DNA of 46,735 nt from Deferribacterales bacterium (GTDB lineage: Bacteria; Chrysiogenota; Deferribacteres; Deferribacterales; Geovibrionaceae), in NCBI GenBank assembly GCA_050251945.1, contig JBFWLW010000017.1, positions 1 to 46,735 of the forward strand, in the 5' to 3' direction. Shown here one piece after another: positions 18,456 to 27,703 of the stretch (position 1 is its first letter; each line of letters opens with the position of its first letter). The position numbers were made by a program, and so were the translations under genes. The notes beneath the pieces were generated by a model. It did no database searches. It was given only the letters and a program-made list of their open reading frames with translations, and was not told where the DNA came from.

Positions 18456-18932
18456 ATGCGTTACTGGCTTATGAAATCGGAACCCGGGTGTTTTTCCATG
18501 GAGGATCTGAAGGCTCTGCCGGAAAGTACAAGTCCATGGGACGGAGTGAGAAACTATCAGGCGCGCAACTTCATGCGCGACGATATGGAGATCGGCGACA
18601 GGGTGCTTTTTTATTATTCAAACTGCGAGGAACCGGGTGTTGCGGGGCTTGCTGAGGTTGTAAGCGAATCCTATGCGGATTTCACAGCCTTTGATCCCGC
18701 AAATCAGCATTACGACCCGAAATCAATTCCTGAAAAGCCGATATGGATGATGGTGGACGTTAAATATATAGCCAAGTTCGACAGGCTCGTGAGCCTTAAA
18801 GAGATAAAGACGGACGGAAGACTTTCCGGTATGGAGCTGGTGAAAAAAGGTTCCAGACTGTCCGTTCAGCCTGTTTCAGCGGATGAATACGGCGTAATAT
18901 TAAAGATGGCGGGATACAATGAGAAGAAGTGA
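18456..18932 (+). CDS. EVE domain protein (Thy28-like)
   Basis: MRYWLMKSEP, WDGVRNYQARNFMR, GDRVLFYYS, SRLSVQPV. Confidence 0.95.
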   Translation: MRYWLMKSEPGCFSMEDLKALPESTSPWDGVRNYQARNFMRDDMEIGDRVLFYYSNCEEPGVAGLAEVVSESYADFTAFDPANQHYDPKSIPEKPIWMMVDVKYIAKFDRLVSLKEIKTDGRLSGMELVKKGSRLSVQPVSADEYGVILKMAGYNEKK

Positions 18933-19389
18933 AAAACAGCTTACGGACGAAGAGACTGCGGAACTGCTTAAAAAGGGCGAAGTGATGTATATCTCGCTGG
19001 CTGACGGAGGCGTGCCGTACGGTGTTGCCATGAACTACGGATACAAGGACGGCGCCGTATACCTGCACTGCGCATACGAAGGGCGCAAGATGGATATCAT
19101 AAAGAAGAACCCGAAGGTGGCTTTTATGGTTGTCACCGCCGGCGAACTGATAAAAAAGGAAACCTCATGCGGCTGGACCTGCGCTTTTACCAGCGTAATG
19201 GGCGACGGGACAATTGAGATCGTTACGGGAGATGCGGAAAAGCGTGCCGGACTGGATGCCCTGATGGAACATTACGGCAGATTTGAAAACAGCTATGCCG
19301 ACAAGATGGTTGAAAGAACCTGCGTGCTGAAACTGACTATTGAGAACTGCACGGGCAAAACTTCACCGGCGCCTGCAAAAGGGGAGTGA
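18919..19389 (+). CDS. Pyridoxamine 5'-phosphate oxidase-family / NimA-like flavoprotein
   Basis: MRRSEK, PYGVAMNYGY, YLHCAYEGRKMD...NPKV, SVMGDG, TGK. Confidence 0.88.
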   Translation: MRRSEKQLTDEETAELLKKGEVMYISLADGGVPYGVAMNYGYKDGAVYLHCAYEGRKMDIIKKNPKVAFMVVTAGELIKKETSCGWTCAFTSVMGDGTIEIVTGDAEKRAGLDALMEHYGRFENSYADKMVERTCVLKLTIENCTGKTSPAPAKGE

Positions 19390-19390
19390 G

Positions 19391-19879
19391 ATGTCCAAGG
19401 ACAAATTTCCCGTTACTCAGGCGATAAGGGTTCTAAGGGACAATAAAGCGGATTTTGAACCGCATCTTTACGACTATGTGGAGAAGGGCGGAACTAAACA
19501 TTCCAGCGAAGCGCTGGGGGTGGATATTCATATGGTCATAAAGACCATAATCCTTGAGGACGAAACGAAGACCCCCATCGTGGTGCTGATGCACGGCGAT
19601 AAGGAGATTTCTCTTAAAAAGCTCGCAAGGGATATCAACGCCAAAACTTTAAAGCCCTGCGAACCGGATACGGCGAACAGGCATACCGGATATCTCGTGG
19701 GCGGAACATCGCCGTTCGGCACGAAACGCGCCATGAAAGTGTATATGGAGAAGACCATAGCCGACCTGCCTGAAATTTATATCAACGGCGGCAAGAGAGG
19801 TTTTCTTGTGTGTATAGATCCGGCCGTTGCCGTAAGGATTCTGAAACCCGCAGAGGTTGAGGTGGCGATAGACAAATAG
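19391..19879 (+). CDS. ybaK: Cys-tRNA(Pro) deacylase
   Basis: TQAIRVL, VIKT, TGYLVGGTSPFG, NGGKRG. Confidence 0.92.
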   Translation: MSKDKFPVTQAIRVLRDNKADFEPHLYDYVEKGGTKHSSEALGVDIHMVIKTIILEDETKTPIVVLMHGDKEISLKKLARDINAKTLKPCEPDTANRHTGYLVGGTSPFGTKRAMKVYMEKTIADLPEIYINGGKRGFLVCIDPAVAVRILKPAEVEVAIDK

Positions 19880-19957
19880 CGGGCATTTTGTTTTGACTAC
19901 GGTGCTTAACGAAGTTAAACTATATTATTCTATGTCTTTGTGAATATGAGATAACTG

Positions 19958-21337
19958 ATGAATGAACATAACGCAGTAAGCCGCCGTGTGGTGTCCGTTG
20001 CCGGATTTTCGCTACTTTTTGCCTATATCCTTTCTTTCCTTTTTGAAGGGAGGGTTCTCTACAGCGTGATGGAATATTACGGTGCGTCGGAGAAGAACCT
20101 TATTCTTTCTGCCATCGTTGCTCATTTCGCCGGGCTTTTCACATGCGGCTTTTTCGTGCGCTCCCTGCGCAGGGCGAAACAGACGGTTCTGGCCGGCATG
20201 ACTGTGAGCCTTTTCTGCACCGTTCCGTTCTATTTCAAACCGTCGGCTCTCTGGTTCGTGTCGCTGGTGACAGCGGGCTACGCTTCAGCCTGTGCCCTTG
20301 CTTCATGGGGATATTTTCTGAAAGTTTTCACGCCGAAAAACCAGCGCATAAAGACGTGCGCCGATGTTCTCATATATTCCAACATACTTATGATACTGGT
20401 TAATATGTCTGCTGTTCATATTTCGCATACGGTGGGTCTTACCCTTTCGCTTGCGTGTATTGCGGCGGGTGTATTTTTCATATGGAAGCTGCCTGCAGAG
20501 GTGCAGGAGAAAAAATGCAGCACGGCGGGCGGAACAAAGAAACCTATGCTGATCCTTTTTCTGTTCGTTTTCGTGATTACAATAAATTCCGGGCTTATGT
20601 ACGAGGTGCTGAATCCGGCTTTCGAGCATCTTACAACGCTGACAAGCTGGTACTGGGCTGTTCCGTATATTGCGGCGCTGGCTGTAATGCGCAACCTGCC
20701 GGGCAGGATAAAGCGTTATGTGATACTCTATGTCGGCATGGCGACCATAATGGCGTCGTTCATCTTTTTCATGCTTCTGGGCAGGGATACGGTTGACTAT
20801 CTCATAGTGAACACCCTGATGCTCGGTGCTTGCGGCATATTCGACCTTTTCTGGTGGAGCATCATAGGCGAGATGCTTGATTATACCGACAATCCGGTGA
20901 AGATGTTCGGCATGAACCTCTCGGCAAACGTTCTGGGTGTGCTTTGCGGCGGTGCGCTGGGCATGTTTATGACATCCGCGGATCTTGCTGATTCCGAGGT
21001 CGCCGTGATAGCTCTCACCGTGGTCTGCATCACCCTTGCTATGCTTCCGCTTCTGAACCGCATGCTTATTATGAAGCTCAAAGGTCATGCGTATCTTGTG
21101 GAAGAGGATTATGTCACCGAAACTGCGCAGATTCAGAAACTGCCGGTTTTTGAACCGCTGACAGCCCGCGAGCAGGAGGTTCTGAAACTTATCCTGACGG
21201 GTGGATCCAACAGGGCGATAGCCGATTCGCTGAACATCAGCGAAAGCACCGTTAAGACCCATGCACGCAACATCTTTTCAAAATATAATGTGAGCACCCG
21301 TGCGGAACTCATTAGCCTGCTTCTTACAAACAAATAG
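19958..21337 (+). CDS. Multi-pass membrane protein with C-terminal LuxR HTH (one-component membrane regulator)
   Basis: About 12 hydrophobic segments; C-terminus LTAREQEVL...SNRAIADSLNISESTVKTHARNIFSK. Confidence 0.88.
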   Translation: MNEHNAVSRRVVSVAGFSLLFAYILSFLFEGRVLYSVMEYYGASEKNLILSAIVAHFAGLFTCGFFVRSLRRAKQTVLAGMTVSLFCTVPFYFKPSALWFVSLVTAGYASACALASWGYFLKVFTPKNQRIKTCADVLIYSNILMILVNMSAVHISHTVGLTLSLACIAAGVFFIWKLPAEVQEKKCSTAGGTKKPMLILFLFVFVITINSGLMYEVLNPAFEHLTTLTSWYWAVPYIAALAVMRNLPGRIKRYVILYVGMATIMASFIFFMLLGRDTVDYLIVNTLMLGACGIFDLFWWSIIGEMLDYTDNPVKMFGMNLSANVLGVLCGGALGMFMTSADLADSEVAVIALTVVCITLAMLPLLNRMLIMKLKGHAYLVEEDYVTETAQIQKLPVFEPLTAREQEVLKLILTGGSNRAIADSLNISESTVKTHARNIFSKYNVSTRAELISLLLTNK

Positions 21338-21830
21338 TCTAAATATCTGATAACTTGCCTTCTCATACTTTAGTATTAGACATTTTCTTTGAAATTTCAG
21401 CCTTATGGTCGATGTATTTTCCGCAATTTACGTCTATGCTCGGTTATGAATGGCGATACGGCAATAACAGCGGCAGCTGTGGAGATAACTGCGGAGAGAA
21501 CAGGAAAGCTTGTGACTGCGGTTTTTTCGTTGACCGGTGGATGAACGTTCTGCACCTGCTTTGTCCGGAAATAGGTTCGGATATTTGGTGACAATTTTTC
21601 CGGTGTGTTTGCTTATGACCGGACAGATGGTGCGGCGGATGTATCAGCGGCGAAGGTTATTCGCAGTGGTTTTCGGAAAATGGCGGTCGCTGTTTCGGGT
21701 TATGTGAATTGTGGAACAGATATGGTAGCGGGTTGAATACAAACTGAGTTCTCTGCATATTCAAAAAGGCATGCATTGATATAAAAAAAGGTGCCGGTAT
21801 GTTATTGCGCAGACCTTCGGGTTCTGTAGT

Positions 21831-21862
21831 AAAAAAAGCGGGTGTGAAAGCCCGCTTTTTTT
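21831..21862. terminator. Bidirectional intrinsic terminator
   Basis: AAAAAAAGCGGG-tgtgaaag-CCCGCTTTTTTT. Confidence 0.85.
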
Positions 21863-21927
21863 CTTGAGGTATAATGATATGAGCAAGCGCAGCGGAGTTC
21901 GCAGCATCCGCGGCGCATAGTATCCTG

Positions 21928-22164
21928 TCAGAGAAATTTTGAAAGCTCGGCAAGTTCCTTTGCCGCAGTTTTTTCCAGACGCGCGTCGATACTGTTTCTT
22001 ATGTATTGATTCTTCGCGTTTATCACCGCTTTTGAAACTGCCTGCATCTGCTGGGCGACGTTAAGCTCGGCATCACCTTCGATCAACATTTCGATGACTT
22101 TCGATAAATGCCCGTTTGCCCTTTGCAGTCTTTTAACAATATCTTCGTTTGCCGCCTGTTCCAT
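21928..22164 (-). CDS. CsoR/RcnR-family (NcrB/InrS-like) repressor lacking metal ligands
   Basis: DIVKRLQRANGHLSKVIEM...VAQQMQAVSKAV..AK; C-terminal ELSKFL; no Cys. Confidence 0.85.
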   Translation of the reverse strand: MEQAANEDIVKRLQRANGHLSKVIEMLIEGDAELNVAQQMQAVSKAVINAKNQYIRNSIDARLEKTAAKELAELSKFL

Positions 22165-22169
22165 GTAAG

Positions 22170-22193
22170 TATCCTATCCTAGAGGATAGGATA
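22170..22193. promoter_or_regulatory. Palindromic operator, probable autoregulatory site of the CsoR-family gene
   Basis: Perfect inverted repeat TATCCTATCCT-ag-AGGATAGGATA ending 5 bp before the start codon. Confidence 0.7.
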
Positions 22194-22285
22194 TGTCAAT
22201 CAAAAAATATAAAAGTCGTTTGAAAATCCTTGACGCAATATAGCCGAAAGTGCATATTTGGAGGGTGATACTTCGGAGGATGAAA

Positions 22286-22768
22286 ATGAAAAAAGTGATC
22301 TTTCTGCTTATAGCGCTTATGTCCCTGTTCCTTCTGTCCGGATGTTTCGGCAGCAAGGAGAAAACCGAAAACAAACAGGGGATACAGACCGTATCCAAAG
22401 GCTATTTAGAGGAGCTTAAAAAGCAGTATGCAGGAAAAACACTGGTAGTCAATTTCTTCGCTTCGTGGTGTCCTCCCTGCCGCGGCGAAACACCCGACTT
22501 TGTGAAAGCGTATGAAAAATACAAAGACCACGATTTTGTTATCGTCGGTATATCTGTGGATAAAACGGCAGAGGATGCGCAGAAATTCGTCGATGAGTTC
22601 AAAATAACCTACCCCGTTGTGCACAGTGACGACAGCCTCGGCATGGAAATGAGCGTTAACACCATCCCCGTTTCTTTCATTTTCAAACCGGACGGCAAGC
22701 TGTTTGACAGGGCGGAAGGTCCCCTTACAGAGAACCAGCTTGAATATATTGCTACAAAATTGAAATAA
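22286..22768 (+). CDS. TlpA/ResA-family thioredoxin lipoprotein
   Basis: Lipobox LLSGC; VNFFASWCPPCRGE; TIP; GGAGG RBS. Confidence 0.9.
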   Translation: MKKVIFLLIALMSLFLLSGCFGSKEKTENKQGIQTVSKGYLEELKKQYAGKTLVVNFFASWCPPCRGETPDFVKAYEKYKDHDFVIVGISVDKTAEDAQKFVDEFKITYPVVHSDDSLGMEMSVNTIPVSFIFKPDGKLFDRAEGPLTENQLEYIATKLK

Positions 22769-22847
22769 GTTCCGGATTTGCCATTGATTTTATGTTTGGC
22801 AAAACTATTTTTATGATAGGAATTACGGTTGATCCGGAGGAATCTTA

Positions 22848-23327
22848 ATGATAGAGACAACGGTTAAATGTGTCATCAGAGAACCCCTTACGTCCAGATA
22901 TGTTCTTTTGCTGGAAACGCTTTGCGGACACTATCTTATCCCTGTCAATGTCGGAGATCTTGAGGCGGAATCCATTTATTGTGTTTTAAACAGGATCAAC
23001 ACCCCCCGACCCATGACATACGAATTTATCGCACGTATCATAGACAGCATAGAGGATGCGAATATTGACCGTGTTGTCGTTGACAGGTACGAACAGGGCA
23101 ACTATAAGGCGAGCATCTATGTTATGTGCAGCAAGTCCGAGAAAAAGATAGACTGCCGGCCTTCCGACGGAATTGCCCTTGCCACGCGAATGGGAGTTCC
23201 TGTTTACGTAGAAGATGAAATCCTATGCCCCGCCTGCTGTGTTGACCGCACAAACATCAACGAAAAAGACAACAAGGTTCTTGCAAACCTGATAGACGAT
23301 CAGGACGGTCCTCTCTGGCACATCTGA
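22848..23327 (+). CDS. Bifunctional nuclease family (DUF151) protein
   Basis: IPVNVGDLEAESI, PRPMTYE, IDCRPSDGIALA.RMGVPVYV. Confidence 0.88.
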   Translation: MIETTVKCVIREPLTSRYVLLLETLCGHYLIPVNVGDLEAESIYCVLNRINTPRPMTYEFIARIIDSIEDANIDRVVVDRYEQGNYKASIYVMCSKSEKKIDCRPSDGIALATRMGVPVYVEDEILCPACCVDRTNINEKDNKVLANLIDDQDGPLWHI

Positions 23328-23436
23328 AATCTTTCGTCCTTTTTTTATCGTGATATATAATGAAATTGCCGTTTAAGATTTTATATGTGTATAATAAGTG
23401 GAAGTGTTTATTTGATTATTATTTCGGAGTTTTCCG

Positions 23437-25434
23437 ATGGAGAAAGACTTTTTCCGTTCCATTATCAGCAAGGCTGACTTTGGCTATATACTTTTAAGTT
23501 CCGACGCTGCCGAAAATTTCCGCGAAGCTGTCATTCTGGACGCAAACGATGCGTTCTCCGCTATGACAGGCTGCACCGCGGCGAAACTTATCGGCAGGAA
23601 CGTAGCCGATCTGGAATGTCCGTTCTTTACGAACGACTTTGAAAGCATCGTTAAAGATGCGATAACCATCCCCGTTTTCTATTTTGTTGCCGAGCTTGGC
23701 AAAGGGTTTCACATCGAATCGGTGAGATCGTCAGGCGGCGAACTTGCGCTTATTGTGCGTGACGACAGCGAAGTGTCGTCCGCTGTCACTGCACTCAGAG
23801 AGAAACAGGAACAGCTCAAAACACTTATCAACGCCACACCCGACCTTATCTGTTTTAAAGACAGCAAAGGACGCTGGCTGGAGGCGAATTCAAGCTGTCT
23901 TGCCGCTTTTTCCCTTAAAAAAGAGGACTTTACAGGTAAAAACGATCTCGAACTCACAAACTACACCCTTCCCATATACAAAGAAGCTCTTGATGCCTGC
24001 GCTCATTCGGACGAAATGACATGGCAGAATAAGGTGATTAACCGCGAAGAAGAGGTTGTCGCAATGCCCGACGGTGTCGTGCGCGTCTTTGATACTATAA
24101 AGGTTCCGCTGTTCTACGATGATGAGAAGACTATGCGCAAAGGTCTGGTGGTTCTCGGAAGGGACATAACCGACCTGAAAAATGCATACGACGAGATAAG
24201 ACGTCAGGCGGGGCTTATAAAATCCCTGTTTGACGCTATTCCCGATTTTATTTTCTATAAGGATGCTAACGGCGTGTATCTCGGCTGCAACAAATCTTTT
24301 GCTGATTATGTCGGCGAAGATCCGGATAAGATAATCGGAAAGACTGATTTCGACCTTTTCAGCGACGAGGTTGCGAAAGAATTCATAGCCAACGACAGAA
24401 TAATGTTTGCGATGCGCCAGCCACGCGTGAATGACGAATGGATTGAGTTGAAAAACGGCGCAAAACGCCTTGTCGCTACGGTGAAAACTCCTTATTTCGG
24501 AATAAATGGTGAGCTTGAGGGTCTGCTTGGTATCAGCCGCGATATAACCGAGGTTCACAAACAGTCGCGTGAACTTCAGGAGATTAATTCCAACCTCCAC
24601 GACACCATCGTCAAAGAGACCGAGAAGAACAGAAAATACGAACAGATTCTTTTTAATCAGAAGAAACTTGCCGATATAGGCAACATCATAAGCGCCATGG
24701 CACACCACTGGCGTCAGCCTCTGAACGCTTTGGGGCTGTATATTCAGGATATCTGCCAGACATACAGGGACGGCAGTCTGGACAAAACCTACATCAAGGG
24801 GTTCGAGACCACCTGTATGCAGTTGATTGGCAGCCTTTCTGCAACTATTGATAATTTCAGTGAATTTTTCAGACCGCAGGGCAACAGTTCTGCTTTCAGG
24901 GTGATGTCCGAGGTTCGTGAGATTCTGAAAATATATGAAGCTAAACTCGCTTATCACGGGATCACATTCAACGCTTCATGCATCTGCGGTTCAAACTTCA
25001 TGGACTGTCAGGGCTTTTACGATAATTTGGGATGCGAATACTCAAACGTTATGGTCGACGGGTACAAGGACGAGTTTAAACAGGCATTTATCAATATTCT
25101 CCAGAATGCTGTTGACGCTGTGGATGAATATTCTGATGAAGTCAGAAAGGAAAAGACCATTTCGGTTGACGTCGATCTGGACGGCGAGCGTATCGTTATA
25201 AAAATATTCAACAACGGCAAAACCATACCGGAATATGTCGCGGAAAGGATATACAATCCTTATTTCACCACAAAGGGCGAAGGCAAGGGCACAGGCATAG
25301 GTCTGTATCTTACTAAGAACATCATAGAGAACTATATGCACGGAAAGCTTTACTTTGAAAATATGGAAAGCGGGGTTGTGTTCTATATCGTTCTGCCTGT
25401 CAGGAAACCTGATCCGGTTTCCCGCTCAGTCTGA
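23437..25434 (+). CDS. Cytoplasmic multi-PAS histidine kinase with Cys4 insert
   Basis: Three PAS-like repeats (PDLICFKD, PDFIFYKD), MAHHWRQP, INILQNA, NNGK, GTGIGL. Confidence 0.92.
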   Translation: MEKDFFRSIISKADFGYILLSSDAAENFREAVILDANDAFSAMTGCTAAKLIGRNVADLECPFFTNDFESIVKDAITIPVFYFVAELGKGFHIESVRSSGGELALIVRDDSEVSSAVTALREKQEQLKTLINATPDLICFKDSKGRWLEANSSCLAAFSLKKEDFTGKNDLELTNYTLPIYKEALDACAHSDEMTWQNKVINREEEVVAMPDGVVRVFDTIKVPLFYDDEKTMRKGLVVLGRDITDLKNAYDEIRRQAGLIKSLFDAIPDFIFYKDANGVYLGCNKSFADYVGEDPDKIIGKTDFDLFSDEVAKEFIANDRIMFAMRQPRVNDEWIELKNGAKRLVATVKTPYFGINGELEGLLGISRDITEVHKQSRELQEINSNLHDTIVKETEKNRKYEQILFNQKKLADIGNIISAMAHHWRQPLNALGLYIQDICQTYRDGSLDKTYIKGFETTCMQLIGSLSATIDNFSEFFRPQGNSSAFRVMSEVREILKIYEAKLAYHGITFNASCICGSNFMDCQGFYDNLGCEYSNVMVDGYKDEFKQAFINILQNAVDAVDEYSDEVRKEKTISVDVDLDGERIVIKIFNNGKTIPEYVAERIYNPYFTTKGEGKGTGIGLYLTKNIIENYMHGKLYFENMESGVVFYIVLPVRKPDPVSRSV

Positions 25435-27613
25435 AATCCATCACAACGGTGAGTCCGCCAAGATGGTTGTTGAACGCCGCCACCTTGCCGCCGAGGTTCT
25501 GTTCAGTCAGAACCTTGACCATATAGAGACCGATACCTGAAAACTTCGCGTCGTTTTTTGTTGAAAAATACGGCTCAAAGATGCGTCCCAATATTTCCGG
25601 CGGAACGCCTGTTCCGTTGTCCTCCACGCTTATGGTGACCCTTTCGTCTGAACATACTATGTTTATGGAGATGCTTCCCTCCATGTCCGGCTGTTTCTCC
25701 ATGCGGTCGATTATCGCCTCATAGCTGTTGCTGAGTATGTTCATGAGCATCTGGCGAAATTCCCCCGGCTGACCGTAAAGCGTTATCTCGCTGCATCTTT
25801 CGCATGACTGACATGGAGAAAAGTGTATGTCCGGTTCCCGCCTGCACATGAACTTTGTTTTAATGTTTTTTGAGGCGATATGTACGGAAAGCAGTGCGTG
25901 GGTGTTTTTCAGTTCATTAACAACATTGAATTTTTCTTTTCTGTCTCCTGTTTCAAAGAACAGTCTGAAATTGTCTATGGTATCAGACATCTTTTTTATC
26001 AGCAGCATGGCTGTTTTTTCAAAGTCGGTGTATTGCGGCGATGTTTCGTCAATGTTCAATGTGTCCGGTACGGATTGCAGCATAATACCGAGTGCGTTCA
26101 ATGGCTGTCTCCATTGGTGGGCTATGGCGCTTACCATAAGACCCATATCCGCCAGTTTTTTCTGTTCCGCCAGAATGTGCGATTGTCTGCGGTTCTTTTC
26201 AACCTCTTCCTCAATACGCTTTTCAAGGTTTTTATTGATGGTTTCCAGTTCAATGTTGAGCTCACGGAGCTTATTTTCCATTTCGATGGAGTGAGTTATG
26301 TCAAGGCAGTTGAACAGCAGCGACCTTTCGTCCATTTTGACAGCCTTGGCTATCATAGCTGTCTCTTTCCCTGTTCTGCTGACCATGTACAGAACGCCGG
26401 AGTTGCTGCCTTCGTGAAATGCCTTGGAATAGAATTTATTTATGTCGGTGCGTCTGTTTTCAGTAACAAAATCGTAAAGGCTTTTTATCATCAGTTCGTT
26501 CTTTTTCATTCCGACCATATCAAGAAACCGCATATTGGCGTCAGTAAATATCTTTGAATCGTTAGTAGTGAAAATAGACATGGGCGAATTATCTATGTAT
26601 TCTTTATATTTCTCTTCGCTGACAAGCAGTTTGTTGATTGTCTGCTCGTGTATCCTTTCGAGTGCCCCGACAGTTCTGTTGAACCCGATGCGGATAAGCA
26701 GAAGAGAGATGATGCAGAATACCATTGTTATGAAGACCACGCTGAGAGTGTACGAAAGCATCGCTGAGACGTCGGATGTAACGTCTTTGGCGTATATGAA
26801 CCTTCCCATCTCCCTGCCTTTTGCCGAATAGAAGCGCATATCGTCGGAAATGCGGTAATGCATGTTGCCTATGTTAACCATATCCGGCAGTTTGTCATAA
26901 TTTCTGACAGAATTGAGCAGCCTTCTGAACATGGCTTGGTCGGTGTTCTGCATGAGGGCATATCTGCCGTATCGCGGCGCACCGTCTATTTTGTTTGCGT
27001 CGGTGTCCGCAAGCACAGCCATGCTGTAGCCTGTTGCCTGCTCCATTGCCCTTCCGTAATATTCGAGCGATGTACCGAGTTCAACAACGCCTATAAGGGT
27101 GCCGCTGCGGTAAAGAGGCAGAGCTGAAAATTGGAATATTTTGTCGGTACATATTTCATATGCGTTGCCTGCGGCTTTCCCTGAGAGTTCGTTTAATGCG
27201 GCGTCAGATATCGGTTTTGGGCAATGGTCGGTTCTGCGGTCGCTGGAAAAGAGCAGTCTGCCGTCTTTTGCAATGATGCGGAAAACAAAGGAATCGTCAG
27301 GGAATTCAAAATCCAGAGCGTTGGTGTGCATGGACATCCTGCCCATGAGAAGAGGTATGTCCCTGTTATCCACAGCCTCTATCAGAGACGAGTCGTATAC
27401 AACTCTGTTCAGGTTTGATTTAAGCACACGAGAAAGCTGAGATGTAAGAAATCTCTGATTATTTTCAACAATATAACCTTCCTGCCTCATGGCAGAGTTA
27501 TATTCAAAGTAGCGCACGGTTATGTTTGAAACCGCGAAGAATACGCATACAGTTATGAGTACAATACTGACGTAAATAAATGTTTTCTGTTTAATGCCTT
27601 GGTTATATTCCAT
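25400..27613 (-). CDS. Membrane Cache+PAS histidine kinase with Cys4 insert
   Basis: Two TMs, PAS, IAHQWRQP, MNILSNS, DNGTG, SGIGL; overlaps the convergent kinase by 35 bp; start could be 27646. Confidence 0.9.
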   Translation of the reverse strand: MEYNQGIKQKTFIYVSIVLITVCVFFAVSNITVRYFEYNSAMRQEGYIVENNQRFLTSQLSRVLKSNLNRVVYDSSLIEAVDNRDIPLLMGRMSMHTNALDFEFPDDSFVFRIIAKDGRLLFSSDRRTDHCPKPISDAALNELSGKAAGNAYEICTDKIFQFSALPLYRSGTLIGVVELGTSLEYYGRAMEQATGYSMAVLADTDANKIDGAPRYGRYALMQNTDQAMFRRLLNSVRNYDKLPDMVNIGNMHYRISDDMRFYSAKGREMGRFIYAKDVTSDVSAMLSYTLSVVFITMVFCIISLLLIRIGFNRTVGALERIHEQTINKLLVSEEKYKEYIDNSPMSIFTTNDSKIFTDANMRFLDMVGMKKNELMIKSLYDFVTENRRTDINKFYSKAFHEGSNSGVLYMVSRTGKETAMIAKAVKMDERSLLFNCLDITHSIEMENKLRELNIELETINKNLEKRIEEEVEKNRRQSHILAEQKKLADMGLMVSAIAHQWRQPLNALGIMLQSVPDTLNIDETSPQYTDFEKTAMLLIKKMSDTIDNFRLFFETGDRKEKFNVVNELKNTHALLSVHIASKNIKTKFMCRREPDIHFSPCQSCERCSEITLYGQPGEFRQMLMNILSNSYEAIIDRMEKQPDMEGSISINIVCSDERVTISVEDNGTGVPPEILGRIFEPYFSTKNDAKFSGIGLYMVKVLTEQNLGGKVAAFNNHLGGLTVVMDFRLSGKPDQVS

Positions 27614-27667
27614 AGTGAAGTATAACCCGCGAAAGTTGACATTCAAATGAAAGTTGATAAAAAAGAG

Positions 27668-27696
27668 AGCGGCGTGCGTCTGATAAGCACGCCGCT
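27668..27696 (-). terminator. Intrinsic terminator after secF
   Basis: AGCGGCGTGC/GCACGCCGCT stem, then CTC and a T-run on the minus strand. Confidence 0.75.
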
Positions 27697-27703
27697 GAAA
27701 GAG

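Noticed and set aside
20303..21262. Long antisense ORFs (also 23890-24957, 31959-32864, 38614-39597, 42636-43631)
   Set aside because: Shadow frames opposite well-supported genes, with no motifs
21700..21745. c-di-GMP-I riboswitch (GGTAGCGGGTT resembles its 3' end)
   Set aside because: The upstream GGCAAA/GAAA/GCAAA elements are absent and no same-strand gene follows
21657..21953. 98-aa minus-strand ORF after the CsoR-like gene
   Set aside because: Weak start, crosses a strong terminator, non-protein-like composition
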